Shown here in pieces: positions 1-9,524 of a DNA stretch of 64,000 bases. Location of the stretch: positions 43,562 to 107,561 of the forward strand of contig REDV01000078.1 of NCBI GenBank assembly GCA_007695365.1, read 5' to 3'. The position numbers were made by a program, and so were the translations under genes. The DNA comes from Cryomorphaceae bacterium (GTDB lineage: Bacteria; Bacteroidota; Bacteroidia; Flavobacteriales_D; SKUL01). The notes below the pieces were generated by a model that was not told the origin of the DNA, searched no databases, and saw nothing but the letters and a program-made list of their open reading frames with translations. Every line of letters begins with the position of its first letter. Positions within the stretch are counted from its first letter, which is position 1.

Positions 1-1313
1 TCGAAACGCGCAAATACATGGATGCTGCAGGCTTTCTTGAGATAGAAACTCCGTACCTGATAAAATCTACCCCCGAGGGAGCCCGCGATTTTGTGGTGCC
101 CAGCCGAATGCACCCCGGTCAGTTTTATGCGCTGCCCCAGTCGCCCCAAACCTTTAAGCAGCTGCTGATGGTAAGCGGTTACGACAAGTACTACCAGATT
201 GTGAAGTGTTTTCGTGACGAAGACCTCCGCGCCGACCGCCAGCCTGAGTTTACCCAGATTGACTGCGAGATGGCTTTTGTAGAGCAGGAAGACGTGCTCA
301 ACAATTTTGAAGGTCTGGTTCGCCATTTGTTTAAAGTAGTAAAGGGAGTTGAACTTCCTGCTTTTCCGCGAATGGATTACGCCGAAGCCATGGAGCGATT
401 CGGCTCAGACAAGCCCGACCTTCGATTCGGAATGGAGTTCAAAAACCTCGATTCGGTAGCCAAAAACAAAGGCTTTAATGTGTTTGATCAGGCAGAATGC
501 GTGCTGGCCATAGTGGTTCCGAATTGCGCCGAGTACACCCGCAAACAACTCGACGCCCTCACCGATTGGGTGAAGCGCCCGCAAATAGGAGCCAAAGGGC
601 TTGTTTACTGCAAGTGCAACCCAGATGGCACCTTCAAATCGTCGGTGGATAAATTTTTCGACCAGGACGCGCTGGCCGAGTGGGCTGCGCATTGCGGTGC
701 ACAATCGGGCGATCTTATCCTGGCTCTATCGGGCGACTTGCACACCACCCGCAAACAACTCTCCGAGTTGCGCCTGTACATGGGTTCTGAGCTGGGCCTT
801 CGCAAAAACGATGTCTTCAAACCGCTGTGGGTGGTTGACTTTCCGCTGCTCGAGTGGGACGAGGACTCACAGCGTTTCCACGCCATGCACCACCCCTTTA
901 CTTCGCCCAAACCCGAGGATTTACCGATGCTGAACACCGACCCCGGCAAGGTGCGGGCCAATGCCTACGACATGGTCATCAACGGGGTTGAGCTTGGAGG
1001 CGGATCCATTCGTATTCACGACCGCAAACTTCAGTCGCGAATGTTTGACCTGCTCGGTTTCACGCCCGATGAAGCCTCGGCTCAGTTTGGCTTCCTGATG
1101 CAGGCCTTCGAATACGGTGCGCCTCCACACGGCGGTATTGCCTTTGGCTTCGACCGCTTGTGCGCCATGTTTGGAGGCAGCGAGTCAATCAGAGATTACA
1201 TCGCATTCCCCAAGAACAATGCGGGTAGAGACGTGATGATTGATGCGCCTGCACATGTGGATGCAGCACAGCTTGATGAGCTGAGTCTCGACATTGTTCG
1301 CAGAGAGGAATAG
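1..1313 (+). CDS. aspS: Aspartate--tRNA ligase (AspRS), C-terminal ~437 aa; 5' end lies outside the window
   Basis: Frame is open from the window edge (frame of nt 3). Class II aaRS/AspRS motifs: [56 protein letters not shown]. Confidence 0.95.
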   Translation, partial: ETRKYMDAAGFLEIETPYLIKSTPEGARDFVVPSRMHPGQFYALPQSPQTFKQLLMVSGYDKYYQIVKCFRDEDLRADRQPEFTQIDCEMAFVEQEDVLNNFEGLVRHLFKVVKGVELPAFPRMDYAEAMERFGSDKPDLRFGMEFKNLDSVAKNKGFNVFDQAECVLAIVVPNCAEYTRKQLDALTDWVKRPQIGAKGLVYCKCNPDGTFKSSVDKFFDQDALAEWAAHCGAQSGDLILALSGDLHTTRKQLSELRLYMGSELGLRKNDVFKPLWVVDFPLLEWDEDSQRFHAMHHPFTSPKPEDLPMLNTDPGKVRANAYDMVINGVELGGGSIRIHDRKLQSRMFDLLGFTPDEASAQFGFLMQAFEYGAPPHGGIAFGFDRLCAMFGGSESIRDYIAFPKNNAGRDVMIDAPAHVDAAQLDELSLDIVRREE

Positions 1314-1316
1314 ACC

Positions 1317-2588
1317 CTACATCCGGCCTTTCAGCATCATGTTCCAGTACATGAACGGCAGGCCGTACTTTTTGAGGACCCACATGCTCCACTGCTCTTT
1401 GGCGGTATTCACAAACTTCGAAATCAGCGGATCAGAGTCTCGCACGTTGCCGTATTTAAACTCAGCAAGCACCATCTTTCCGTAGCCTGTAACCAGCGGG
1501 CACGATGAATAACCTTCGTATTTAAGATTACTCAGGCCTCCACTATTTTCCATCATGTGCAGAATATTACCAACCACAACGGGAGCCTGCTTGCGGATGG
1601 CCGCGCCCGTTTTGGCAGTGGGCAGGGCAGCCGAGTCGCCTAGACCAAAAACGTTGGCGTAGCGAGGGTGCTGAAGTGAGTTGATATCAACCTCCATCCA
1701 GCCTTTGTGGGGACCTTCCTGATGGGCCAGCGGCGAGTTCCTAATAAGCTCGGGAGCCGATTGTGGCGGCGCAAGATGCAGCATGTCGTAAGGAACAGCA
1801 ATCACGGTATCGCCTACCAATTGCTCGTTGATTTTGTTGTCTTCTGTGACCACGCAGGCGTTTTCGCCCGGCTCTGAGTAGTGGAAATAGATGATTTTCT
1901 TCTCGGGATCTATGCGCTCAGGGCTGTAAAATGGCTTGAAGATTATCTCGCGGTCAATCAGTATTTTATTGAGCGTTTTGGCAAAGTCTTTCACCCCAAA
2001 AATGACGGAACCCGGCGTGGCAAACACCACGTTGGTATTGTCGCGCACTCCTTGCTTTCGGAAGTATTCCTCAGCGAGGTACATAATTTTTTGCGGCGCG
2101 CCACCACAGCGAATGGGGGTAGAAGGTTGTGTAAAAACGGCATTTCCGCCTTTAAAGCGCTGCAGAACCTCCCAGGTGTGTTTGGGGTCGGTGTAGTTGC
2201 TGCATACATCGCCTTTGCCCAGCGCTTCTGACAACCCCGGCAGCAAATCGGGCCGGTTTTGCACACCGATGCTCACTATCAGGTAGTTGTACGTGAAGTC
2301 TCCGGAATTTCTTGTGATTACCGCATTGTTCTCCGGGTCAAGCTTTTCTGCGTAGTCTTTGATCCAGTCCACATCGGGCGGAATAACTGAGGCCTCCTTG
2401 CGGATGGTTTTGTCAAAGTCGAAAGTACCCGCTCCAACCAATGTCCACGCGGGTTGGTACTGGTGCTTTTCCGAAGGCTCTATCAGGCCAATGGTAAGTT
2501 TCTTGTTTTTTCGTCGAAGCTGAGCGGCGGTCATAATGCCGCCGGTTCCACCTCCAATGATTAGCACTTCATAGTGTGTCCTGGCCAT
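1317..2588 (-). CDS. sqr: Sulfide:quinone oxidoreductase, mitochondrial-type (type II SQR), FAD-dependent
   Basis: Rossmann motif VLIIGGGTGG. IRCGGAPQKIMYLAEEYFRK and SSCPLVTGYGKMVLAEF match the two redox-Cys regions of SQOR-type enzymes as I recall them. The track start 2633 is GTG. ATG 2588 (MARTHYEVLIIGGG) places the GxGxxG motif about 10 aa from the N-terminus. Confidence 0.88.
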   Translation of the reverse strand: MARTHYEVLIIGGGTGGIMTAAQLRRKNKKLTIGLIEPSEKHQYQPAWTLVGAGTFDFDKTIRKEASVIPPDVDWIKDYAEKLDPENNAVITRNSGDFTYNYLIVSIGVQNRPDLLPGLSEALGKGDVCSNYTDPKHTWEVLQRFKGGNAVFTQPSTPIRCGGAPQKIMYLAEEYFRKQGVRDNTNVVFATPGSVIFGVKDFAKTLNKILIDREIIFKPFYSPERIDPEKKIIYFHYSEPGENACVVTEDNKINEQLVGDTVIAVPYDMLHLAPPQSAPELIRNSPLAHQEGPHKGWMEVDINSLQHPRYANVFGLGDSAALPTAKTGAAIRKQAPVVVGNILHMMENSGGLSNLKYEGYSSCPLVTGYGKMVLAEFKYGNVRDSDPLISKFVNTAKEQWSMWVLKKYGLPFMYWNMMLKGRM

Positions 2589-2732
2589 CTCGATAGTTTT
2601 TGTTGAGGTGAAGGTGGCGGTTTTGTTCGACACACGCGGTAACAGGGGTTACACAAGCAGGGCAAACGCAGGTAGATAAGAGTCTATGACTGGCATTCAT
2701 TCTCTTAGCGCCCATTGCACCTCCCCGCCCGC

Positions 2733-2763
2733 CCGCAGAAGGCGGGCCTGTCCGCAGAAGGCG
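2733..2763. repeat. Direct repeat CCGCAGAAGGCG x2 (2733-2744 and 2752-2763), overlapping a GC hairpin at 2728-2746
   Basis: Two perfect 12-mers whose starts are 19 bp apart. Hairpin is CCCGCC-CGCAGAA-GGCGGG. Lies 145-175 nt upstream of the sqr ATG 2588. Confidence 0.6.
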
Positions 2764-2858
2764 CAAAGTTGGCAAGGGTAGACCTCACATTCTAAAATCA
2801 AACTTCGTCTTCGTTAAACGCAATCAATTTAAAATGTGTTTGCTCTATTACACAAGCC

Positions 2859-3206
2859 TCATGAGAGGCGCTTTTTGAGCTTTTCAATGGTTGCAGCCGC
2901 ATTGCCGATATAAATATCGTTATCTACCACAAAAACCGGGCGTTTCAAAAAGGTGTACTCGTCGAGTATGAGTTGTTGATAGTCCTTTTCGGTCAACTCT
3001 TTTTGGGCCAGCCCCATGGCTTTGTACTTCATGGCCCGTCGGCTGAAAAGCGCTTCATAGGATCCTGCCCGCTCTTTCATTTCGTTGAGCTGCGCGGGTG
3101 TAATTTTTTCGTGTTTGATGTCTTGCTGAACAAAACCATCGAGCTTAAGGTCGTTCATAATGCGTTGACATGTGCTACAAGTGGAGAGAAAATAAACCTT
3201 CTTCAT
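2859..3206 (-). CDS. ArsC/Spx/YffB-family thioredoxin-fold protein (arsenate-reductase-like)
   Basis: 115 aa with an ATG start. N-terminal redox motif LSTCSTCQR. Length and layout are typical of the ArsC family. Confidence 0.75.
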   Translation of the reverse strand: MKKVYFLSTCSTCQRIMNDLKLDGFVQQDIKHEKITPAQLNEMKERAGSYEALFSRRAMKYKAMGLAQKELTEKDYQQLILDEYTFLKRPVFVVDNDIYIGNAAATIEKLKKRLS

Positions 3207-3235
3207 GGCGGTAAATCGTCAAAAAATGGGAAACT

Positions 3236-4486
3236 TTGAGGCCCAAATATCTGCAAAGAAAATTGGTAACCCAAGAAAGCGATATTCGATCCAAGCTGGG
3301 CTTCCGGCGCATTATGATTCCGGTTGTTATCGGGTTGGCGGTGGCTACCTATTTGCTGGTGAGCAACCTCAACGAGGTTCGCTTTGAGGCGGTAGAGCCC
3401 GGCACAGGCACCTATGAGTGGCTCAACCCCGAAGGAGATTTGCAGCCCGATGTGTACGACGAAAAAAGTTTCGCCCCCACCGAAGGCGGAGATTACATCC
3501 GTCTGACCTATCGGGAGATTTTGCGCAGCCTTGACTGGAGCTGGTATTCTGCGTTCTGGTTTTTTATGGCCCTGTGCTGTGTGGCTGCGCGCGACGCCGG
3601 ATATATGTACCGCATACGCGTGCTCACTGACAAGGCATTGTCGTGGCGAAAGTCCTTTGACACCATCATGCTGTGGGAGTTTGCGTCCGCGCTCACCCCA
3701 TCGATAGTGGGGGGTTCGGGCATTGCGCTCTTTATATTGAACAGGGAAGGCATCAAGATGGGGCGAAGCACGGCGGTGGTGATGGTTACGGCGCTACTCG
3801 ATGAGCTTTTTTACATCACCATGGTTCCGGCTATTTTGCTGCTGATTGGCACGGGGCAGCTGTTTCCGGTGAACATGGAGAAAGAGTTGTTGGGCATCAC
3901 TTTTGGCACGCAAGGCATTTTCTGGCTGGGCTACTTTTTTATTGTGATGCTCACCACCATCATCGCACTGGCTGTATTCTGGCGACCGCGATTGTTCAAG
4001 TTTGTGCTGCTCCAGATTTTCCGCCTTCCTTTTTTACGAAGGTGGCGCTATGATATTATCGCGCTGGGAAATGACATCATCATCACTTCGCGCGAGCTGA
4101 AAGGGAAATCAAAAGGATTTTGGGCACGGGCGCTCGGGGCCACATACTTTAGCTGGACTGCCCGTTTTTTGCTGGTAAACATGCTTATCATGGCCGTGAT
4201 TCCCGTTTCTGACCACTTCCTTTTGTACGGAAGGCAGCTGGTGATGTGGGTCATTATGCTCATCAGCCCTACTCCCGGCAGCAGCGGATTGGCCGAATTT
4301 GCCTTTACAGGTTTTCTGGCCGATTTCATTCCGCTCGGACTGGCCGGTGCCCTTGCTTTTATCTGGCGATTGCTCACCTACTACATTTACATCTTTATTG
4401 GCGTCATTGTGCTTCCACGGTGGTTGCGCAGAACGGCCATTGAAATACGCCGTAGAAAATCCCAACCCAAACCAGAGTCTTTTTAG
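3236..4486 (+). CDS. Polytopic membrane protein, LPG-synthase-TM / flippase-like (UPF0104) family
   Basis: Multiple hydrophobic helices. ISPTPGSSGLAEFAFTGF resembles the family PxTPGGxGxxE motif. Track start 3236 is TTG; TTG 3263 and ATG 3314 are alternatives, so the 5' end is uncertain. Confidence 0.65.
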   Translation: MRPKYLQRKLVTQESDIRSKLGFRRIMIPVVIGLAVATYLLVSNLNEVRFEAVEPGTGTYEWLNPEGDLQPDVYDEKSFAPTEGGDYIRLTYREILRSLDWSWYSAFWFFMALCCVAARDAGYMYRIRVLTDKALSWRKSFDTIMLWEFASALTPSIVGGSGIALFILNREGIKMGRSTAVVMVTALLDELFYITMVPAILLLIGTGQLFPVNMEKELLGITFGTQGIFWLGYFFIVMLTTIIALAVFWRPRLFKFVLLQIFRLPFLRRWRYDIIALGNDIIITSRELKGKSKGFWARALGATYFSWTARFLLVNMLIMAVIPVSDHFLLYGRQLVMWVIMLISPTPGSSGLAEFAFTGFLADFIPLGLAGALAFIWRLLTYYIYIFIGVIVLPRWLRRTAIEIRRRKSQPKPESF

Positions 4487-4491
4487 AACCT

Positions 4492-4499
4492 TACCTTTG
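4492..4499 (+). promoter_or_regulatory. Bacteroidota -7 box TAnnTTTG (TACCTTTG)
   Basis: 29 nt upstream of ATG 4528 and just after the upstream stop codon. Confidence 0.45.
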
Positions 4500-4527
4500 G
4501 GCACACATTTAATTCAAGCATTCACAA

Positions 4528-5667
4528 ATGAAATTCGGAACCAAAGCCATACACGCGGGTGTAGAGCCCGATCCTTCCACCGGAGCTATCATGACTCCTA
4601 TTTTTCAAACCTCAACCTACGTACAGGAAAGCCCCGGAAAACACAAGGGCTATGAATACTCTCGCACCCAAAACCCTACCCGAAATGCACTTGAGCGCAG
4701 TCTTGCTGCCCTGGAAAACGGCAAACACGGTCTCTGTTTTGGCTCTGGCCTGGCTGCCATTGATGCCGTATTGAAAAGCCTTCGCCCCGGCGATGAGGTG
4801 GTTTCAACCAACGACCTTTACGGCGGCACGTACCGATTATTCGACAAGGTGTTTGCTCCCTTCGGACTCAAATTTCACTTTACCTCTATGAGTGACCCCA
4901 AAAAGGTAGAGGAGCTGATGAATGAAAAAACCAAAATTATTTGGGTCGAGACGCCCACCAACCCCATGCTCAACATCATTGATATTGAAGCCATGGCCGC
5001 CATAGCAAAGAAAAACGGTTGTTTGCTGGCGGTGGATAACACCTTTGCGTCGCCCTATTTGCAGAACCCGCTCGATTTGGGTGCGGACATCGTGATGCAC
5101 AGTGTAACCAAGTACCTCGGTGGTCACTCTGACGTGGTAATGGGCGCGCTGGTGTGCAACGACGATGCGCTCGCCGAAAAACTCTATTTTCTTCAAAACA
5201 GCAGCGGTGCCGTGCCTGGCCCTCAGGATTCTTTTTTGGTACTGCGAGGCATCAAAACCTTGCACTTGCGTATGCAACGCCACTGCGAAAACGGCAAAGC
5301 AGTTGCGAATTATCTGGCCGGCCATCCACGGGTTCAAAAGGTGTATTGGCCCGGATTCGAAAACCACCCCAACCACGATGTGGCCAAGCGGCAAATGCGC
5401 GACTTTGGCGGGATGTTGTCCTTCAGCCTGAAAGACGATACGCAGGATGCAGCTTTCAGAATCCTTGAGAAAACGCGTGTATTTACGCTTGCGGAGTCGC
5501 TTGGCGGGGTTGAGTCGCTAACAGGCCATCCTGCCTCCATGACCCACGCTGCCATTCCACGCGAAGAGCGCCTCAAAGCCGGATTGGTGGATAGCCTGAT
5601 ACGTTTGAGCGTTGGTGTTGAGGACATAGAAGATCTGCTCGAAGACCTGAAGCAAGCGCTGGCTTAG
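4528..5667 (+). CDS. Cys/Met-metabolism PLP enzyme (cystathionine gamma-lyase / gamma-synthase / beta-lyase family)
   Basis: 379 aa with an ATG start. N-terminus MKFGTKAIHAG. PLP-lysine motif HSVTKYLGGHSD. A TAnnTTTG box lies 29 nt upstream. Confidence 0.9.
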   Translation: MKFGTKAIHAGVEPDPSTGAIMTPIFQTSTYVQESPGKHKGYEYSRTQNPTRNALERSLAALENGKHGLCFGSGLAAIDAVLKSLRPGDEVVSTNDLYGGTYRLFDKVFAPFGLKFHFTSMSDPKKVEELMNEKTKIIWVETPTNPMLNIIDIEAMAAIAKKNGCLLAVDNTFASPYLQNPLDLGADIVMHSVTKYLGGHSDVVMGALVCNDDALAEKLYFLQNSSGAVPGPQDSFLVLRGIKTLHLRMQRHCENGKAVANYLAGHPRVQKVYWPGFENHPNHDVAKRQMRDFGGMLSFSLKDDTQDAAFRILEKTRVFTLAESLGGVESLTGHPASMTHAAIPREERLKAGLVDSLIRLSVGVEDIEDLLEDLKQALA

Positions 5668-5722
5668 TTTTAGAATTCCAATATTGGCCAAGGCTATCAT
5701 TGCAAATGGTGGCCCGTTTGCT

Positions 5723-5730
5723 TATATTTG
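5723..5730 (+). promoter_or_regulatory. -7 box TATATTTG
   Basis: 25 nt upstream of ATG 5755 of the M43 protease gene. Confidence 0.5.
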
Positions 5731-5754
5731 CAACATTACCTGCAAATCACCCCA

Positions 5755-7881
5755 ATGAAGTATTTAAGCTTAACTCTCGGCGCTCTCCTTGCATTGAGTG
5801 CTGTCAACCTTTTTGGCCAAAACAGCCATCATCACCATGATGGAACCATACATCCTTGCCATACAGACGAGCGAACTGAGCAACTCCTGCAGGAAAATCC
5901 TGAGTGGATTCCACTGGTTGAAGAAGCCAACAATGAACTAGAGCGCTTTACCCGCGAATTTGAAGAGAGTGGTGCTGCCGGAGAGCGAAGCGTGAAAATC
6001 ATTCCTGTGGTTTTTCACGTGATTCACGCCAACGGCCCGGAAAACATTAGTGCAGAGCAGATTGAGGATTGCATACGCATTATGACCGAGGATTTTACAC
6101 TTCAAAACAGCGATATTTCGCTTGTTGTGCCTGCTTTCCAAAACATTACTGCTGATGTAGGTGTAGAGTTCCGCCTTGCCAAACTCGACCCTAACGGAAA
6201 CTGTACCAACGGAATAGTTCGTGTTGAGAATCAGGCAACATTTAATGGCGGCGAAAACCTCAAATCCATTTCGCCGGCATGGCCCAGAGCCAAATACATG
6301 AATGTTTGGGTTTGCAACAACATCTCAGGCAATGCCGCGGGATATACCTATACGCCCGGAACTGTAGCCGGCCCCTGGGGAGCTGCTGCCGACGGTATTG
6401 TTGTTCAGCACAGCTATGTGGGAAGCATTGGTACAGCCAATTCCACTACAAGCCGAACCATGACCCATGAAGTTGGGCATTGGATCAACCTGCGTCACCC
6501 CTGGGGTGGTTCCAATACTCCCGGCCTCGCAAGTAATTGTGACATAGACGATGATGTTGCCGATACGCCAAACACCATCGGATGGACATCCTGTAACCTC
6601 AATGGATCATCATGTGGCTCGCTGGATAATGTGCAGAATTTCATGGAATACTCATTCTGCTCCAGGATGTTCACCAACGGACAGCGCACACGGATGCTGG
6701 CTGCACTGAACAGCAACACGGCCAGCCGAAGCAACCTATGGACTGCCAACAACCTGGCAGAAACCGGGGTTTTAACAGATGGCGTGCTTTGTAATGCGAA
6801 GTTTTCGGCAAGCCAGCGTGAAATTTGCGCCGGTGATTCAGTGGTATATACAGATATGTCTTACCACAACGTAACCACCAGAAACTGGACCTTTGAGGGA
6901 GGCACACCTTCAACTGCTACGGGTGAGCAAGTGGTGGTTTATTACAACGAGCCCGGAACCTATAATGTAACCCTGCAGGTTTCTGACGGAAGCAACTCTG
7001 TCAGTTCCAACGAAGGAGGATTTGTACACGTGCGCCCCACAGTGGGAGTGCCGCTGCCTTACTCTCAGGATTTCGAGTCTTATGATGCGCAATCACCAAA
7101 CCCTGCTGACTTTGAATTGGATTGGCAATACGGGAATACCATTACATCTTCGTCATGGGAAGTTACCAGCTTTGCAACCGGGGCATCGGGAACGCACACA
7201 CTTCGACTGCCCAACCGAAATCTGCCGGCCGGTTCGGTAAGTGAAATCATCAGTAAACCCATTGACCTGTCGAACACCACCACCGATGTTACCATTTCAT
7301 TCAAATACGCCTACGCACGCCGAAACCCTTCGAATAATGAGCGCCTGCGCTTTTGGGTATCTGCCGATTGTGGCGAAACCTGGAGTTTGAGGGGAATTTG
7401 GAGCAATAATTTCGACACAGCGCCTTTCACAAATGTGAATTGGTTCCCGAACAGCCCAAGCCATTGGGAACAAGTGGAAATCACCAATATTCTGGAGAAT
7501 CATCTTGTAGAGAATTTCCGTTTTAAGTTTTCCTTTGAAAGCGACGGCGGTAACAATTTCTTCGTTGATGACATAAACATCAGCGGCCCACTCGTGTCGA
7601 GTATTGAGAACATGGACATTTCACAGAACTTATCTGTGTTTCCCGTTCCCGCCACCGATGTATTGAATATTGCTCTTTACGGAGCTGACCCCTATATGTA
7701 CCACATTGAGTTATTCAACCCCGTTGGTCAATTGGTGCACGCCTCAGGGCAGAACGCTTTCCCGGGAGGGAGTGCACAAATTACGCTTGATACCCGGTCA
7801 TACGCAGCGGGTATGTATCATTTGGTGCTGATAAATGACAAGGGGCAACGTGCAGTGAAACGCGTAGTACTCGCCCGCTAA
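5755..7881 (+). CDS. Secreted M43 (pappalysin/cytophagalysin-like) zinc metalloprotease with T9SS type A C-terminal sorting domain
   Basis: Signal peptide MKYLSLTLGALLALSAVNLFGQ. Metzincin site HEVGHWINLRH. C-terminal LSVFPVPATDVLNI...GMYHLVLINDKGQRAVKRVVL is a type A CTD. Track start 5728 is a TTG that overlaps the -7 box, so ATG 5755 is preferred. Confidence 0.85.
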   Translation: MKYLSLTLGALLALSAVNLFGQNSHHHHDGTIHPCHTDERTEQLLQENPEWIPLVEEANNELERFTREFEESGAAGERSVKIIPVVFHVIHANGPENISAEQIEDCIRIMTEDFTLQNSDISLVVPAFQNITADVGVEFRLAKLDPNGNCTNGIVRVENQATFNGGENLKSISPAWPRAKYMNVWVCNNISGNAAGYTYTPGTVAGPWGAAADGIVVQHSYVGSIGTANSTTSRTMTHEVGHWINLRHPWGGSNTPGLASNCDIDDDVADTPNTIGWTSCNLNGSSCGSLDNVQNFMEYSFCSRMFTNGQRTRMLAALNSNTASRSNLWTANNLAETGVLTDGVLCNAKFSASQREICAGDSVVYTDMSYHNVTTRNWTFEGGTPSTATGEQVVVYYNEPGTYNVTLQVSDGSNSVSSNEGGFVHVRPTVGVPLPYSQDFESYDAQSPNPADFELDWQYGNTITSSSWEVTSFATGASGTHTLRLPNRNLPAGSVSEIISKPIDLSNTTTDVTISFKYAYARRNPSNNERLRFWVSADCGETWSLRGIWSNNFDTAPFTNVNWFPNSPSHWEQVEITNILENHLVENFRFKFSFESDGGNNFFVDDINISGPLVSSIENMDISQNLSVFPVPATDVLNIALYGADPYMYHIELFNPVGQLVHASGQNAFPGGSAQITLDTRSYAAGMYHLVLINDKGQRAVKRVVLAR

Positions 7882-7902
7882 GCCATTGTTGGAACAAGAC
7901 AT

Positions 7903-7934
7903 AAAAAAAACCGGCCTCAATGGGCCGGTTTATT
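7903..7934. terminator. Bidirectional rho-independent terminator between convergent genes
   Basis: AAAAAAAACCGGCC-TCAATG-GGCCGGTTTATTAT. 9-bp stem (7908-7916 with 7923-7931), flanked by an A8 run on one side and a T-rich run on the other. Confidence 0.8.
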
Positions 7935-7955
7935 ATGAATGACATTATCCCGTCA

Positions 7956-8384
7956 TTACAGTTCCTTAAAGCCGATCATTACAGTAACGCAACCCTCATG
8001 AATAAGCTCGTTGGGGTTGTCTTTCATGGGCACGTTGATACGCAACTTCAGTTTCTGGGTTGATTCCGGCCGAAAGTCAAAATAATTACTTTGATCGTCA
8101 GATTTTCTGGCATAAATCTCATTCTTTCGGTCGTCCAGAATCGTAAAGTTTACCTCTCCGAGCAGAGGATGACTACAAACAAGAAGGCGGTATTCCTGCC
8201 CACTGAAAAAAGTGAGATTCAGTTCAGCTTCATCTCCGGGCACCAAAAGTGTGCTGTTGTAGTTTTCATTGGGAATAAAGTCCTCAAGTACCGGCCTGCA
8301 CGAGTTTCGTGTGAAGCTTTTGCACTGTCCAAAGGCCGATCCGGTAAGGATAAGCGCGAGAATAATTGCGAATGCAGTTTTCAT
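7956..8384 (-). CDS. Hypothetical secreted protein (142 aa)
   Basis: ATG start. Cleavable signal peptide MKTAFAIILALILTGSAFGQ. Four Cys. No family recognised. Lies 12 nt downstream of the 305-aa lipoprotein gene. Confidence 0.6.
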   Translation of the reverse strand: MKTAFAIILALILTGSAFGQCKSFTRNSCRPVLEDFIPNENYNSTLLVPGDEAELNLTFFSGQEYRLLVCSHPLLGEVNFTILDDRKNEIYARKSDDQSNYFDFRPESTQKLKLRINVPMKDNPNELIHEGCVTVMIGFKEL

Positions 8385-8396
8385 TTTCGGTCGGTT

Positions 8397-9314
8397 TTAT
8401 TGTATGAAGGAAGTACGAATTTCTTTAACACGCGCTGTAATAGCGGCTATATCATCTGCAGTGTAGCTGTAAGTGGAGGCTCCCCCAATCACCGTTACAC
8501 CGGTTGACTCGTCCGTCGTAACATCACCCGCCTCGCGGTTTATGTCAATTTGATCGTAAAGTACTTTCAGGGATTCGAGGTCGGCAATGATGCTATCGAG
8601 GTTACCTCCGTCGTTGTATGCATTTACCAGTTCGAGCAAATCTGACAGGGAGTACTTTTGGTCTATGACGCGCTGAATGATTTCCTGAGGTACATCCTTC
8701 GAGTTTTTGGCGATTTGAGTAGCCAGGTAAAGGCCTTCAATCCAACCTCCGGTGATGACCAATGCAGACACATTTTGGCGGTCGTTCTCCTTCAGGTATG
8801 CATCAAGTGTGTAAAAAGAGTCTGAAATGATATCAATAAGCGAGTCTCTGTTCTCAATGTTGGATTCGATGCGATCCATCGTTTCATTATCGAAAGCACT
8901 GGTTACTCCCAACTTGTCGGCAAGCTGTTTCGCACAAGACAGGTAAATAATACTCTCCTGATTCTGATTGAAGATACTAGCATAACTGAGATTGGCTCCG
9001 TAAATTCCCAAATTGAGGGCCTGTCTTTTGGAAGACGTGTACTTAACCACGTTGCTTACATCGTTTAGCATGCTTGCATCGTAGGTTGTACCGGCTTTTT
9101 TCAGAAGAGATGCCATCTCCATAGGTGAAGGAATGGTGTAGAATATTTCCTGTACTTTCTGCAATTTCTTCGCAGCAGAGTCATCTGCTCGTACATCGTC
9201 ATCTACTTCGCTAATTGCTTTTCTTGAGTCTCCGTTTTCACATTTGCAAGAGCTAAAAGCAACTGCGATTGTTGCGATAAGAACAACGCTGATGAGATTT
9301 CGACAGTTGTACAT
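8397..9314 (-). CDS. Hypothetical lipoprotein (305 aa), predicted helical
   Basis: ATG start. Lipobox IAVAFSSC. No family recognised. A -7 box lies 28 nt upstream. Confidence 0.6.
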   Translation of the reverse strand: MYNCRNLISVVLIATIAVAFSSCKCENGDSRKAISEVDDDVRADDSAAKKLQKVQEIFYTIPSPMEMASLLKKAGTTYDASMLNDVSNVVKYTSSKRQALNLGIYGANLSYASIFNQNQESIIYLSCAKQLADKLGVTSAFDNETMDRIESNIENRDSLIDIISDSFYTLDAYLKENDRQNVSALVITGGWIEGLYLATQIAKNSKDVPQEIIQRVIDQKYSLSDLLELVNAYNDGGNLDSIIADLESLKVLYDQIDINREAGDVTTDESTGVTVIGGASTYSYTADDIAAITARVKEIRTSFIQ

Positions 9315-9341
9315 AATTGGTTGCGTTAGGGGTTAGGATAA

Positions 9342-9349
9342 CAAAATTA
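9342..9349 (-). promoter_or_regulatory. -7 box TAATTTTG (minus strand)
   Basis: 28 nt upstream of ATG 9314 of the lipoprotein gene. Confidence 0.45.
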
Positions 9350-9524
9350 GTAGTATTCGGCGCAAAGCCACTATTTCAGGGGTTAAACTATAAACAATAT
9401 ACTGTTCATCGGAACTCTGTTGAGGCATGCATACGGTGCGGCTGTACACCCGGTTTCGTTTTTGAGTGCATTTTTCAAACAATTTATATTCACACCCAGG
9501 CCTCTCACCTTACTTTGCTTATGA

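Noticed and set aside
2569-2775. 68-aa minus-strand ORF upstream of sqr
   Set aside because: It overlaps the sqr 5' end out of frame and runs through the GC-rich repeat/hairpin region (PPSAGGRGG is the translated repeat). There is no independent support for it.
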